In this document: in pieces, positions 8,837 through 18,611 of the stretch | Position numbering within the stretch: position 1 is the first letter of the stretch | How the letters are laid out: each line of letters starts with the position of its first letter | From: Bacillota bacterium | Lineage (GTDB): Bacteria > Bacillota > DSM-12270 > Thermacetogeniales > Thermacetogeniaceae | NCBI GenBank assembly: GCA_036742135.1 | Contig: DAINRC010000001.1 | Location: 41,311-96,129, forward strand | Direction of reading: 5' to 3' | Length of the DNA stretch: 54,819 nucleotides | Program-made: the position numbers and the translations under genes | The notes under the pieces: generated by a model | The model's input: only the letters and a program-made list of their open reading frames with translations | Told to the model about the DNA's origin: nothing | Database searches by the model: none

Positions 8837-9418
8837 GTGTCGAAAGTAGGCTTTGAGAATAGGGCTGGTTTAACTTTGATCGAGGTTGCTGTGGCGATAT
8901 TGATTCTTGGTGTGACTACTGTTGCCCTGATGGGCTTATTCGTTACTGGGAACGTTTTTACTGCTCAGGCGCGCCATGAGGTTGCTGCCCTCAATCAGGC
9001 GCAGGAAATCCTTGAAGAGATCAAGAGCATCCCTGGCAGTCAGTTGGGAACAGCTCGAGGTGGGACTGAGAGGACGATTACTTTAGAGGAAAGTGCCAGC
9101 AGTGAAGACGATTGTTATAATGACTGCTTAATCGCCACTACAGGTGGACCGGGAGGCGGCCAGGTGAGAAAAGTTGTCGATTATGATGGCGAGAGTCGAG
9201 TGGCTACTGTTGAGCCCCGATGGGACGCCATCCCACAGGCAGAGGAAACAACATATGTGATCTTTAGGGGGAATGGCTACAAGTACGACTTCAGGATTTC
9301 TGTCGAAGATGAAAACGATGAAAACCCGAACCTCAAAACAGTTACTGTTGCTGTCTATTATGAGGACCGCGGCCGCCAGAAAGAAGTGTCACTGACGACC
9401 GAAAAGCTGAGGCGGTGA
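8837..9418 (+). CDS. minor pilin (prepilin-type N-terminal cleavage/methylation domain)
   Basis: GTG start. Leader MSKVGFENRAG|LTLIEVAVAILILGV. Confidence 0.75.
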   Translation: MSKVGFENRAGLTLIEVAVAILILGVTTVALMGLFVTGNVFTAQARHEVAALNQAQEILEEIKSIPGSQLGTARGGTERTITLEESASSEDDCYNDCLIATTGGPGGGQVRKVVDYDGESRVATVEPRWDAIPQAEETTYVIFRGNGYKYDFRISVEDENDENPNLKTVTVAVYYEDRGRQKEVSLTTEKLRR

Positions 9419-9422
9419 AATC

Positions 9423-9923
9423 GTGGTTGTCGAGAGGTCAAATGAGGGTGGTTTTACTTTTGTAGAAGCCATAGTGGCCTTAACTATATTTGCTATGGTC
9501 ATTAGTGCTGTTGCTTTGGTATATGTTGCTGGCTACCGTAGCTATGCCAAGGAACAGCAGGCAATTGAGGTCCAGGAGAGCCTGCGGATCGCCCTTGAGG
9601 AGATGTCCCGAAACATCAGGCAGGCTGTAAGTGTTACTGTTTATAACGAGAATGGAGAGGAGCTTGAGGATCAGACTGAGGGTGGCTCATGGCTGGAGTT
9701 CGCCCTTTCAGATACTGAAACAGGCGGCTACAGGTTGGATAAGGCTCAACAAGAAATAGAAGAAAACGTTGGGGGTAAGTGGCAGCCAATTGCCAGCAAT
9801 GTTACCGATTTGAGCTTTTCCTACGACCCTGAGACCCGCACTGTGGTCATCACTGTAAGAGGGGAAAAGGTAAACAGTGGAGTCATCGAACTGAGCACCA
9901 AAGTCCATCTCCGTGCTTCCTAA
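9423..9923 (+). CDS. minor pilin (prepilin-type N-terminal domain)
   Basis: Leader MVVERSNEGG|FTFVEAIVALTIFAMV. Confidence 0.75.
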   Translation: MVVERSNEGGFTFVEAIVALTIFAMVISAVALVYVAGYRSYAKEQQAIEVQESLRIALEEMSRNIRQAVSVTVYNENGEELEDQTEGGSWLEFALSDTETGGYRLDKAQQEIEENVGGKWQPIASNVTDLSFSYDPETRTVVITVRGEKVNSGVIELSTKVHLRAS

Positions 9924-9954
9924 ATCGGCATTTCTTGAGGGGGAAGGAATTCTT

Positions 9955-11151
9955 ATGTTGGCCAATCAGAAAGGGCAGGCCTTAATCATTGTTCTCCTTT
10001 TTACTGCTTTGATATGTGTGGTCGGCGGGGCCGCTGTTGCCATGGGCACTGCTGTTAAGAGAAATTCTACCCGGGAAGTGCACCTCAAAAAGGCTTATTA
10101 CATTGCTGAAGCGGGAGTCGAGCGTGCCCTTGCCAGACTTGAGGCTAATCCTTTATGGCGCGACCAAAATGGCAATACCCTTGCGACCGATTATGGGGGA
10201 GGGAGAATAGACAGCGTTGTTGTGGAAGATGATTCTCAGCAGGGAGAGATTGGGAAGATCGTCAGGATAACTTCCACAGGGACTTACAGCTCTTTTCGGA
10301 GAGTGCTGGTGGTGAAGGTTCAGTTGATCTCTGCTTATGACCTCTTCTATGGCCTTAGCATTCTGCCCGAAGAAGGCACAACTGATGTTACGGTCACAGG
10401 TCATGTATATATTGGAGAGGAAGGCGGAGAACTTCCCAATATTATTGTCAAGGGAAATTTAGCAGTGCAGTCGAATGCTGTTAAAGTAGAGGGAAATGTG
10501 TTTGCTTCGGGTAGCATTAGTGATCCTCATCACAAAATTAACGATTCTCAAGAACATGAAGAGTATGCTCCCATCCCCCCTTTTCCGGAGCTTCCAAGTG
10601 AGGAGTGGTATCGAAATACTGCTGTCCGAGTATTTAGTGGGGATACAGTTATTGGGGAGCCAAAAGGCCAAGGTAGGGGTCAGCAGCCTGATTTCAACAT
10701 CGCTGCTCTTCAGGAAGACGGTATCTACTTCGTTGATGGCGATTTGACGATCTACGGGACTTACAGTGTGCCGGCGACCATTGTGGCTACAGGAGACATC
10801 ACTGTTGGTTGGGGAAGTAATCATGAACTCAAGCGAGGAGACGAAAATGGGGATTACCTGCTGACTCTTGTTGCCCTCGGCACAAAACCGGAAAGTGGTG
10901 ATGTCAGTTTCAAGGAAGGCTCTTTAGATGTCGAAGCGATAATTATCGCCAAAGGAACATTTCGCATTCACGGGAAGGCCACACTGCTCGGAGGGGTTGT
11001 TGCTCAGGATATCGGGGGTTCAGGGCAGGGTCCTGTTAGCGGAACCATTGCCATTATGGTTGACCCAGAGCTTGTAAGGGAAAATCTCCACCAGGAAGTT
11101 GTGGAAAATTACTCAAACGTTTTAGAAGTCCGCTCTTGGCGAGAAGGGTGA
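9955..11151 (+). CDS. PilX-N-like pilus-associated protein (399 aa)
   Basis: ATG 9955 follows gagggggaagg. N-terminus MLANQKGQALIIVLLFTALICVVGG resembles the PilX N-terminal anchor. The rest is beta-rich and unassigned. Confidence 0.6.
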   Translation: MLANQKGQALIIVLLFTALICVVGGAAVAMGTAVKRNSTREVHLKKAYYIAEAGVERALARLEANPLWRDQNGNTLATDYGGGRIDSVVVEDDSQQGEIGKIVRITSTGTYSSFRRVLVVKVQLISAYDLFYGLSILPEEGTTDVTVTGHVYIGEEGGELPNIIVKGNLAVQSNAVKVEGNVFASGSISDPHHKINDSQEHEEYAPIPPFPELPSEEWYRNTAVRVFSGDTVIGEPKGQGRGQQPDFNIAALQEDGIYFVDGDLTIYGTYSVPATIVATGDITVGWGSNHELKRGDENGDYLLTLVALGTKPESGDVSFKEGSLDVEAIIIAKGTFRIHGKATLLGGVVAQDIGGSGQGPVSGTIAIMVDPELVRENLHQEVVENYSNVLEVRSWREG

Positions 11152-11161
11152 AGTCGCAGAG

Positions 11162-12217
11162 ATGAACAGAGGTTTCTTAAAAAATTTTTTGCAGAAAATT
11201 TTGCCTAAAAAGAGCCATTTCCTTGGCATTGACATAGGAGCTTCCTGGATCAAAGCTGCTGAGGTGAAGCTGATTGAGGGAGAACCAACAGTTGTTGCTC
11301 TCAGGAAGCATCCCAGTCCGAAAGGTGTCTGGACTGACCAGCTTGATGAGCAGGCCCTGGTTGAGGCACTCAGAGAGGTGGTTAACCCTTCCCTCAAGGA
11401 AGTGATTACCTGCATTGGTGGGGAAAAGCTGATCAGCCGGGTGGTCCGCTTCCCCAGGATGAGCGAAAAAGAACTGGAAGCAGCGGTCAAGTTTGAGGTG
11501 GAAAAGTTTGTTCCCACACCTGTTGACCAGTTGTTGATCAGATACGTCTGCCTCAGCCCTGCGGGCAGTAATAACCATGAGAACATGGAAAATATCCTCC
11601 TGCTGGCAGTTCCTGCAGCTACTGTTTACCAGTATTATGGCATTTTTTCACGTGCTGGAATGCTGGTGACCGCGGTTGATTTTCAACCCTTTGCCCTGTG
11701 GCGCCTTTTTGGCAGAAACCTTGAGGAGGGCACTTTTGCCCTTCTCGACATAGGAGCGCGAACATCCCACTTCGTTGTCATCAAGGACAGACTGATCAGG
11801 TTTTTGCGCCTCCTGCCTACAGGTGGTGATTCTCTCACTGAGTATCTGATGGAAGCATACGGTCTAGAATTCGACAAAGCTCAGCAGATGAAGGAAGAAG
11901 CTGATCTTTCTCCCGGTGAAATTGAGAGTCCTGGTGTGCTCCAGGCAGTTGATATTTTTCGCGACGGCCTGCTTGAATTGACGAGGGAACTGCAGAGGTC
12001 GCTGGAGTATTTTTCGACTCAAGAAAAACTTTCAATAGAGAAGTTGGTGTTGAGCGGTGGTGCCAGCAACATGAAGGGTTTGGACAGTTATCTCCAGGAG
12101 GTTCTCGGGCTTCCCGTAGAAATTGGAGTTCCTGAGGTTGCTTTTTCTGATGGTGTGGAATTTGATCCCTGCTTTTCGGTTGCCATTGGGTTGGCCCTGC
12201 GGGAGGTGGTCTCCTGA
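11162..12217 (+). CDS. pilM: type IV pilus assembly protein PilM (actin-like ATPase fold)
   Basis: LGIDIGASWIKAAEV and LLDIGARTSHF phosphate motifs, C-terminal LSGGAS. Followed by pilN and pilO. Confidence 0.88.
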   Translation: MNRGFLKNFLQKILPKKSHFLGIDIGASWIKAAEVKLIEGEPTVVALRKHPSPKGVWTDQLDEQALVEALREVVNPSLKEVITCIGGEKLISRVVRFPRMSEKELEAAVKFEVEKFVPTPVDQLLIRYVCLSPAGSNNHENMENILLLAVPAATVYQYYGIFSRAGMLVTAVDFQPFALWRLFGRNLEEGTFALLDIGARTSHFVVIKDRLIRFLRLLPTGGDSLTEYLMEAYGLEFDKAQQMKEEADLSPGEIESPGVLQAVDIFRDGLLELTRELQRSLEYFSTQEKLSIEKLVLSGGASNMKGLDSYLQEVLGLPVEIGVPEVAFSDGVEFDPCFSVAIGLALREVVS

Positions 12218-12846
12218 TGTATAAGGTCAACCTGCTGCCAACCAAGTTGCAGAGAGAAGGGATCATCGATGTCCGCAGGTTACTGCTTGTTGCCGGGGTT
12301 ACTGTTGCCGTAGTCTCTTTCCTCAGCGCCTACGGTGTTTTCCTGGGCAGTTTTTTTGCCCTAAAGCAAGAACTTGCTGCTACAGAAGCACAGTTAGCCG
12401 CGCTTGAACCAGCAGTTGCCCGCGCCAAAAAGGTAATTGGCGAAAGAAACAGACTGGAGGAAACTTTAAAGGATTACAGGGCGATCATGGAAAAGAAGAG
12501 AAGCTACTATGACCTCCTTTTCGACCTTACCCTGGTTACTCCTGTTGACCTGTGGCTTACGGAGTTAGAGTTCGGTCGTCGATCTCAGCAGCAAGCTGAC
12601 AAGGAGGAGGCAAAAACTTCTGCGGGTGAATCTTCAACATCTTCAGAAAAATCGGCTGGTTCGTCGAGTCAGGTGTCCAACACCGTAGTTTTTAAGGGTT
12701 ATTCCAGAACTCTGGCTTCAATTGGAGTTTTTATGTCCAAGCTTTATGATTCAGGTTATTTCCAGGAGATCAGGCTGCTAAAAGCGGTTGAAGATGAAGC
12801 AGGAATAAAATTTGAACTGAGTGCCAAATTGAAGGAGGCTCCCTGA
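12217..12846 (+). CDS. pilN: PilN-like fimbrial assembly protein
   Basis: TGATG overlap with pilM. N-terminus MYKVNLLP, a single TM segment and a coiled coil. Confidence 0.75.
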   Translation: MYKVNLLPTKLQREGIIDVRRLLLVAGVTVAVVSFLSAYGVFLGSFFALKQELAATEAQLAALEPAVARAKKVIGERNRLEETLKDYRAIMEKKRSYYDLLFDLTLVTPVDLWLTELEFGRRSQQQADKEEAKTSAGESSTSSEKSAGSSSQVSNTVVFKGYSRTLASIGVFMSKLYDSGYFQEIRLLKAVEDEAGIKFELSAKLKEAP

Positions 12847-12848
12847 GG

Positions 12849-13637
12849 TTGCTGAGAAAATTAAACCCTAGAGAGAGAATCCTCCTGGGAGTTGTCCTGG
12901 TGGGGATAACATGCTTTGTTTTTGTCCGTTTTTTGCTGATACCACAGGTCAAGGCTTACTCGCAGGTCAAGGAGGAACTAGCGAAGAGAGAATCGGAGTT
13001 GCAGCAGGCCAGGGCGCTGGTGTCTTCGCTGGGGAGAGAGACCAGGAAGCTCGCAGAAGTGAGGAAAGAGGTTGAGCGTGTTGAGGGGCTCTTCAGAAAT
13101 GAGACCAGGGATGGTTCGGTGGTGGTTCTTGTTGGCTTGCGGTCTGCTGCCAGGAATGTAGAAGTAACTAGTCTGGAGCCTGGAGAGATTAAGGAGAGCA
13201 AGTCTGTCCTCGAACTCCCCTTTAAGATTACTGCTGAGGGCTCTTTTCTGGATATTCTTGACTTCTGCTATGACCTCGAGAATCTTAGTAACTTTTCGGA
13301 AATCAGGAGCCTGAGGATCGAGTCAATGGGTTCATCCGGTTTTCCCGGTGGGGTCAAGGCCAACTGGGAATTTGTCGTTTACTCTCGGAAAACACCTGAA
13401 GGAAGGCTTTCCTTAGAAGAACTTGCCAGGTGGAATATTGGTAAATATAACATCTTCTATCCTGCAGGAGCTGTGGCTCCTATTCCGGAGCTCAGCGGTC
13501 ACTTAAAAATGCCTCCTGCGGATTTGGAAAAGAATACTCCGGCAGAGAGTAGTTCAGAGGGAAAACCAGAAGATAATTCAAGCGCTACCAGTGAGCCTTA
13601 TGAGCCTTATAATGAAGCCGCGGCCGCACTCAAATAG
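12849..13637 (+). CDS. pilO: PilO-like pilus biogenesis protein
   Basis: TTG start after gaaggagg. Single TM, coiled coil, then LELPFKITAEGSFLDILDFCYDLENL, which is typical of PilO. Confidence 0.6.
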   Translation: MLRKLNPRERILLGVVLVGITCFVFVRFLLIPQVKAYSQVKEELAKRESELQQARALVSSLGRETRKLAEVRKEVERVEGLFRNETRDGSVVVLVGLRSAARNVEVTSLEPGEIKESKSVLELPFKITAEGSFLDILDFCYDLENLSNFSEIRSLRIESMGSSGFPGGVKANWEFVVYSRKTPEGRLSLEELARWNIGKYNIFYPAGAVAPIPELSGHLKMPPADLEKNTPAESSSEGKPEDNSSATSEPYEPYNEAAAALK

Positions 13638-13657
13638 CTGGGGAGGGGGAACTTCTA

Positions 13658-14695
13658 GTGGCAAACGAAGAGTTTCTGGAACCACAGAGATTGCTGGCTC
13701 TTTGCAAAAAAGTGAATTCAGTTCGTGATTTTCAGAAGGTCGTGGAAATTGTTGTTGATGAAGTTATGCAGATGGTCGATGCAGAGGCTGCCACGTTCTG
13801 GTTTCTCGATGGCCAGAAGGATGTTTTGCTGCCTATTGTTGCTCGTGGTCCCCGTGCAGAAGCTCTCAAAGGGCTTTATCTGCAAAGGGGCGAGGGCATC
13901 GCTGGACAGGTTGCTGAGACCAAGGAGCCTGTTCTTGTCGAGGATGTTACTAAGGACAGCCGCTGGGCGCACTGGTTCGACTCTTCGACCGGCTTTATCA
14001 CTCGCTCGATGATTGTTCTGCCTGTAATTACCGGAGAGACGGCAATCGGTGTCCTTCAACTAGTCAACAAGCGCGGTGATGCCATTTTTGATAGAGGCGA
14101 TTTGCAAAAATGCCAACAGTTGGTGGGGCTGGCTGCTGCGTTCGTCCGCAATTGTCAGCTTTGTAATTATCAGGAGAAATTTATTTTGAGCCTTCTTAAG
14201 GTTGTTGCGCGCCTCGCTGAAAGTCATACTTCGGCAGATGAGACCCATGGCGAAAGGGTTTGCCGCTACTCGCTCTTAATTGCTGATCAGTTGGGCCTTA
14301 GTGAAGATGAACGGCGCGCCCTTGCTTATGCCTCACTGCTCCACGACATCGGCAAGTTTGTGGAGGATGATCAGCAACAGCACCCCTCGGTGGGGGCTCA
14401 ACTGGTTTATCAGATGGAACCAAAGGAACTTGTTCACCAGATCTGGTTAGGGGTCCTTTACCACCACGAGAGGTTTGACGGAAACGGGTATCCCGCGGGC
14501 CTGCGGGGGGAAGACATTCCTCTCATAGCTCGGATCATAGCTGTTGCTGATCTGTTCGACCGCCTCTACAAGGAAGGGGAAGTCCAAAGCTTGCAGGAAG
14601 CTTTGGGGAAGCTAAGAAGCTACAGCGGCACTCACCTGGATCCTGGTCTCGTCGAAAAGTTTCAGGAAGCAGTTGAGAAACAGAAACATTTTTAA
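13658..14695 (+). CDS. GAF / HD-GYP domain protein (shortened HD-GYP domain)
   Basis: GTG after ggggaggggg. GAF (GEGIAGQVAETKEPVLVEDV). LLHDIGKF ... YHHERFDGNGYP. Confidence 0.85.
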   Translation: MANEEFLEPQRLLALCKKVNSVRDFQKVVEIVVDEVMQMVDAEAATFWFLDGQKDVLLPIVARGPRAEALKGLYLQRGEGIAGQVAETKEPVLVEDVTKDSRWAHWFDSSTGFITRSMIVLPVITGETAIGVLQLVNKRGDAIFDRGDLQKCQQLVGLAAAFVRNCQLCNYQEKFILSLLKVVARLAESHTSADETHGERVCRYSLLIADQLGLSEDERRALAYASLLHDIGKFVEDDQQQHPSVGAQLVYQMEPKELVHQIWLGVLYHHERFDGNGYPAGLRGEDIPLIARIIAVADLFDRLYKEGEVQSLQEALGKLRSYSGTHLDPGLVEKFQEAVEKQKHF

Positions 14696-14726
14696 AATCT
14701 CATTGGTCACGAACTGGCACTTCAAA

Positions 14727-16559
14727 TCAATTCTTTGTGAGGGTGTAAATTTTTACTGGTTCAGTCAGACCCCGGACTTTTGCTTCTCCCAGTTCCACCA
14801 GGGACCAGGGTTCAGGCAGATCGCTTTCTTGCAGGAGGCGTGCAGTGCGCTCGCTGATGATGATTCTTGTGTTGTATTTTTTGTTCATTCCCTCTAGGCG
14901 TGAAGCTAGATTGACCTCTTCCCCAATGACTGTATAGTCCATGCGTTCCGGGCTCCCAATGTTCCCTACGACAACTTCCCCGGAGTTGATCCCAATGCCG
15001 ATTTCCATGGTTTCTTCACCTCTGCTCTTCCAGTCCTGATTCAGCTCTTCCAGGCGTTCCAGCATTTCGATAGCCGTGACAACCGCTCTTCTGGCGTGGT
15101 CGGGATAGGGGATAGGAACTCCGAAGACGGCCATCAATCCGTCCCCCAGGAACTTGTCTAGCGTGCCGCCGTGGCGGAAAACAACAGCGGTCATTGCAGT
15201 AAAGTACTCGTTTAGGCGGGAAACTACTTTTTCCGGTGGCTTCCCTTCACTGTATGCAGTAAAGCCCCGGATGTCGGAAAAGAGCACGGTCACTTCTTGC
15301 TTTTCTCCTCCGAGCTTGATGTTTTCTCCCTCTGCGATCAACCTCTCGACAACTGCTGGCGGCACATAGCGACCGAAAACTGTCCTGATGCGTCTCCGCT
15401 CGAGTTCAGCGCGGACAAAGTTTTCAACGGTCACTTCAGTGTATGTTAGGAAGACCATTATCAGAGGTCCCGCCAGGTTGACCCAGTAGTGAAATTTCAG
15501 CCATGCAATGTAAGCGCAAAAGCTCAGTCCTGCAGCGACCAAAAAGGCAGAACCGAATCCTACCCAGGCCCCACGCCGTGCTGCAAAAATGGTCAGCAAC
15601 CAGGAGATCACAAGGACAATGAGGTTTACTGGCCACCGGGCGCGGTGGTAATAGCGCCCTGTGAGGTAAGTTTTGATGGCTGAGGCGTGGATCTCTACCC
15701 CAGGTGCAGGGAGCGCTTCTGAGAGCACGAGGTTTCCTCTAGTGAATGGATTTTCGTAATAATCACCTTTTTCTGTGGGGGTGGCAACACCAATAAGGAC
15801 GATTTTTCCTTTCCAAAAGTCGGGATCGAACCTTCCTTCCAGGACATCAATATAGCTGTAGGTGGGGAACGTTCCTCCAGGGCCCCAGAAGTCAATCAAG
15901 ACCTGATTGATCTCATTTACGGGCACATCAATTTCCCCAGCCTGGAGGGTGCGGCCTGTGAGTTTCAAGTCGTCAGGGCTCAGACCGGTGGCGGCAAGGA
16001 TGCTGGCCAGGCTGAAGGAAGGGTAGGGCCGGCCGAAGAAATTGGTGTCGATCACGGTCACCCTGCGTACGATGTTCCCCTTCTCTGCGGGCATGTTGAT
16101 GAACCCGATTCCTGCTGCAGCCTCGGTGAAGTGAGGCAGAGGTGTTTTCAACTCCTGAAGCCACTCTCCCGATTCGCCACGTTCGAAAGAGAACATTGAA
16201 GCGAGCACGACGTTTCCGTGTTCGGAGATTGCTTCGGCGAAAGCGGAATCCGCTTCTTCTGTTGAGGGTGTGTCGAAGAGGAGGTCGAACCCTACAACTC
16301 GGGCCTGCTGCAGTTGTTCCAGCAGTTGGGCGTGTATCTGGCGCGACCAGGGTAAGGGCCCCAGCTTTTCAATCGATTTTTCGTCGATGGCGATAACAGC
16401 AATTTCTTTTCCGGGGTCTTCTTTCCCACGCAGGCCAAACCAGGTGTCGTAGATGCTTAGTTCTGCCTTCTCCCAGAGACCGAGGGTTGCGCTGAGGAGG
16501 ACAAGTAGCCCCAGCCCCCCACACAAAAGGTAGTTTCGCCAATTGAGGTTTGTGGGCAT
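14727..16559 (-). CDS. CHASE2-domain class III nucleotidyl (probably adenylyl) cyclase
   Basis: N-terminal TM, a periplasmic-type CHASE2 region and three TM segments. Cyclase core VTVLFSDIRGFTAYSE, KFLGDGLMAVFG, DYTVIGEEVNLASRLEG; the Lys/Thr pair suggests ATP. ATG 16559 has a GAGG upstream. The ORF-track GTG 16577 has no RBS. Confidence 0.85.
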   Translation of the reverse strand: MPTNLNWRNYLLCGGLGLLVLLSATLGLWEKAELSIYDTWFGLRGKEDPGKEIAVIAIDEKSIEKLGPLPWSRQIHAQLLEQLQQARVVGFDLLFDTPSTEEADSAFAEAISEHGNVVLASMFSFERGESGEWLQELKTPLPHFTEAAAGIGFINMPAEKGNIVRRVTVIDTNFFGRPYPSFSLASILAATGLSPDDLKLTGRTLQAGEIDVPVNEINQVLIDFWGPGGTFPTYSYIDVLEGRFDPDFWKGKIVLIGVATPTEKGDYYENPFTRGNLVLSEALPAPGVEIHASAIKTYLTGRYYHRARWPVNLIVLVISWLLTIFAARRGAWVGFGSAFLVAAGLSFCAYIAWLKFHYWVNLAGPLIMVFLTYTEVTVENFVRAELERRRIRTVFGRYVPPAVVERLIAEGENIKLGGEKQEVTVLFSDIRGFTAYSEGKPPEKVVSRLNEYFTAMTAVVFRHGGTLDKFLGDGLMAVFGVPIPYPDHARRAVVTAIEMLERLEELNQDWKSRGEETMEIGIGINSGEVVVGNIGSPERMDYTVIGEEVNLASRLEGMNKKYNTRIIISERTARLLQESDLPEPWSLVELGEAKVRGLTEPVKIYTLTKN

Positions 16560-16649
16560 TTCAGTGAACCTCAACACATTTTTGAGATTGTTTTTTGTAG
16601 TAGTTCGCTATTTCCTGAAAAAAACCTTTCTGAATCTGCCAAAAATAGA

Positions 16650-16689
16650 GAAGAAAAATAATGAGGGCAGACATTGGAGGCCTGCCCTC
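16650..16689 (-). terminator. intrinsic terminator downstream of the SLH gene
   Basis: Plus-strand gagggcag 16663-16670 pairs with ctgccctc 16682-16689. On the minus strand the hairpin is followed by ATTATTTTTCTTC. Confidence 0.55.
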
Positions 16690-16801
16690 TTCATTCCCGG
16701 TTAACTGTAAATCAAGTCTAGAAGGCGTAGTAGCATAACGCCTGCCTCTGCCCTTGTGATGTTGAGGCACACTAGTCCACCAGAAGTTCTCGGCAGTTAC
16801 T

Positions 16802-18058
16802 TCAGCTGACCCATCGACAACGTTTGTTACCTAGCGGTCCGGGGTAACTTCGTTCATCCAGTAAGGTTCCCCTGATGCCGGCAACACCCCAGGGCATGTT
16901 GACGCGGACCCGGATCCGTTTGGTGAAAGCCAACTTCCACCACGGGAGTTTTGTTTGGGAAGAGCTGGACTGGGTTAGCTGGGCCAACCGGAAGTTGTTT
17001 CCAGACTGCGAAGAAAGCGAAAGTAGACTGTTTCCAGAGGTGCTGCCCTGGGCGGTAGGTTGTTCTGTCCCCTGAAAGAAGTAGGTCGCGGAGAGTGCCC
17101 CGAAGACCTTGCCTTTCGGTAATTCCAGTTCGAGCAGATCTACAAGCACACCTGGTGAGCTGTCCCTGAAGATGGTTGACTGGCCACGGGCGGTCTTGAT
17201 GCTGATTTCGGTATTGGGTTCGATTCGCAACCCTGAGCCATCCGGGAACCTCAGTTCAGCAAGGCCATTTCTGCCGGTGGCAATGGAAACTCCGCTACCA
17301 ACGGGTGTCTTCCTTGTGATGCTGAGAGTTGTGCCGTCTTTTTGGGTTATGGTAACCTCTCCAGATAGGGGAACAAGTTTTCCTTCTAGCGTAACTTCCA
17401 TGAACTTGGGGCTGATGTTGAGCATCACTGCTAGGGCCCTGGCAACTTGAGCGCGGGTCGCTGGCTGATCAGGCGCAAAACTGCCTTCGGCGACCATTGT
17501 GAAAAGTCCGGCATCAAGTGAAGCAGCGATCTGGTTTGTTGCCCAGTGGCCGGCTTTTACGTCTTTGACAACAGCAGGGAGGGAAACTTCAGGCAAAGGC
17601 TCTTTCGTCATTAGCAGGATTAGAGTAGCTGCTTCGGCCCGGGTGACGGGGTTATTAGGTCTGAATGTTCCATCAGGATAGCCTTTCACCATTCCAGCCT
17701 TTGCTGCTGTCTCAATTATCTGGTGGGCCCAGTGGTTAGGCGGAACATCCTTGAATGTGGGAGATTTCGGTTTGTAAGGGCTTAGGCCACAGGCTTTGAC
17801 CAGAAGGGTGGCAATCTCTCCTCTGCTGATGGTCTTCTCTGGCCGGAACGTGCTATCGGGGTAGCCTTTGACGAGTCCTTTCTGAAAGAGGAAGTTGATG
17901 TAGGGGTAACTGCTTTGTCCCGGAGAGACATCGGAGAACAAAGGTGGGGCCGCAGATCCTGGAGAAATGGCGAGGAAGAATGCGATAGTGACTGTCAGCA
18001 CCAACAGGAACCACATTTTCAGCTTGAGGAAAGGCCTCTTTTTTCGGGGTATAACCAT
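16802..18058 (-). CDS. S-layer-homology (3x SLH) protein with FecR-like C-terminal domain
   Basis: ATG 18058 is preceded by aaggagg, and a signal peptide follows. Three SLH repeats (FSDVSPGQSSYPYINFLFQKGLVKGYPDSTFRP; FKDVPPNHWAHQIIETAAKAGMVKGYPDGTFRP; VKDVKAGHWATNQIAASLDAGLF). FecR-like VSIATGRNGLAELRFPDGSGLRIEPNTEISI. Confidence 0.85.
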   Translation of the reverse strand: MVIPRKKRPFLKLKMWFLLVLTVTIAFFLAISPGSAAPPLFSDVSPGQSSYPYINFLFQKGLVKGYPDSTFRPEKTISRGEIATLLVKACGLSPYKPKSPTFKDVPPNHWAHQIIETAAKAGMVKGYPDGTFRPNNPVTRAEAATLILLMTKEPLPEVSLPAVVKDVKAGHWATNQIAASLDAGLFTMVAEGSFAPDQPATRAQVARALAVMLNISPKFMEVTLEGKLVPLSGEVTITQKDGTTLSITRKTPVGSGVSIATGRNGLAELRFPDGSGLRIEPNTEISIKTARGQSTIFRDSSPGVLVDLLELELPKGKVFGALSATYFFQGTEQPTAQGSTSGNSLLSLSSQSGNNFRLAQLTQSSSSQTKLPWWKLAFTKRIRVRVNMPWGVAGIRGTLLDERSYPGPLGNKRCRWVS

Positions 18059-18170
18059 GTGGTGACCTCCTTTAGCAGTTACATTTAAAGCAATTCGCTG
18101 TTTGGCAGCAAATTCCTGCTGCGAATATTGCCGAAGAACAATGTTTCTTCGCGAGTAATGACGATTCCGC

Positions 18171-18197
18171 AAATTTCAGAAATTTCAGAAATTTAAG
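18171..18197. repeat. three tandem 9-bp units: aaatttcag aaatttcag aaatttaag
   Basis: Read directly from the divergent intergenic region between the SLH gene and the DUF3307-like gene. Confidence 0.9.
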
Positions 18198-18274
18198 CAG
18201 GATTGAAAATTTTTTTATTGAATACCAATCTTTGATATTCTTTTTTTCGGAAGCAAGCCAAGGGAGAAGAAGAG

Positions 18275-18610
18275 ATGGCACTTTTTGACTGGCTCTTAGT
18301 GGGACACTTGGTGGGAGATTTTCTCTTACAGCCTAGATGGATGGCGGAGAGAAAAGAAAGAGAAACCCTGCCACTGGTCATTCACTGTGTGGTCTATACA
18401 GTGGTTGTCGCCATTTTTGCCCAACTGGCAGGAGGGTTATCGATTTCTGCTGTGGTTCTGGTTTTCTTCAGCCACCTTTTCCTAGACAGGAGGGTATTTG
18501 TTGACTTTTGGGCTCACAAGGTGACCGGGTCAGGTGATAGCAACTGGCTGAAGGTCATCTACGACCAGACCTGGCATCTGATTGTTCTGGTGATAGCTAC
18601 GCTGATTTAG
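18275..18610 (+). CDS. small membrane protein, DUF3307-like
   Basis: RBS gggagaagaagag. The N-terminal HLVGDFLLQ motif and three TM segments resemble DUF3307. Confidence 0.55.
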   Translation: MALFDWLLVGHLVGDFLLQPRWMAERKERETLPLVIHCVVYTVVVAIFAQLAGGLSISAVVLVFFSHLFLDRRVFVDFWAHKVTGSGDSNWLKVIYDQTWHLIVLVIATLI

Positions 18611-18611
18611 G

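Noticed and set aside
16561-16770. 69-aa ORF (or a 37-aa membrane peptide from ATG 16674) between the SLH gene and the cyclase
   Set aside because: The ATG lies in the loop of the terminator hairpin and is preceded by CCTCC rather than an SD. No family resemblance was seen.
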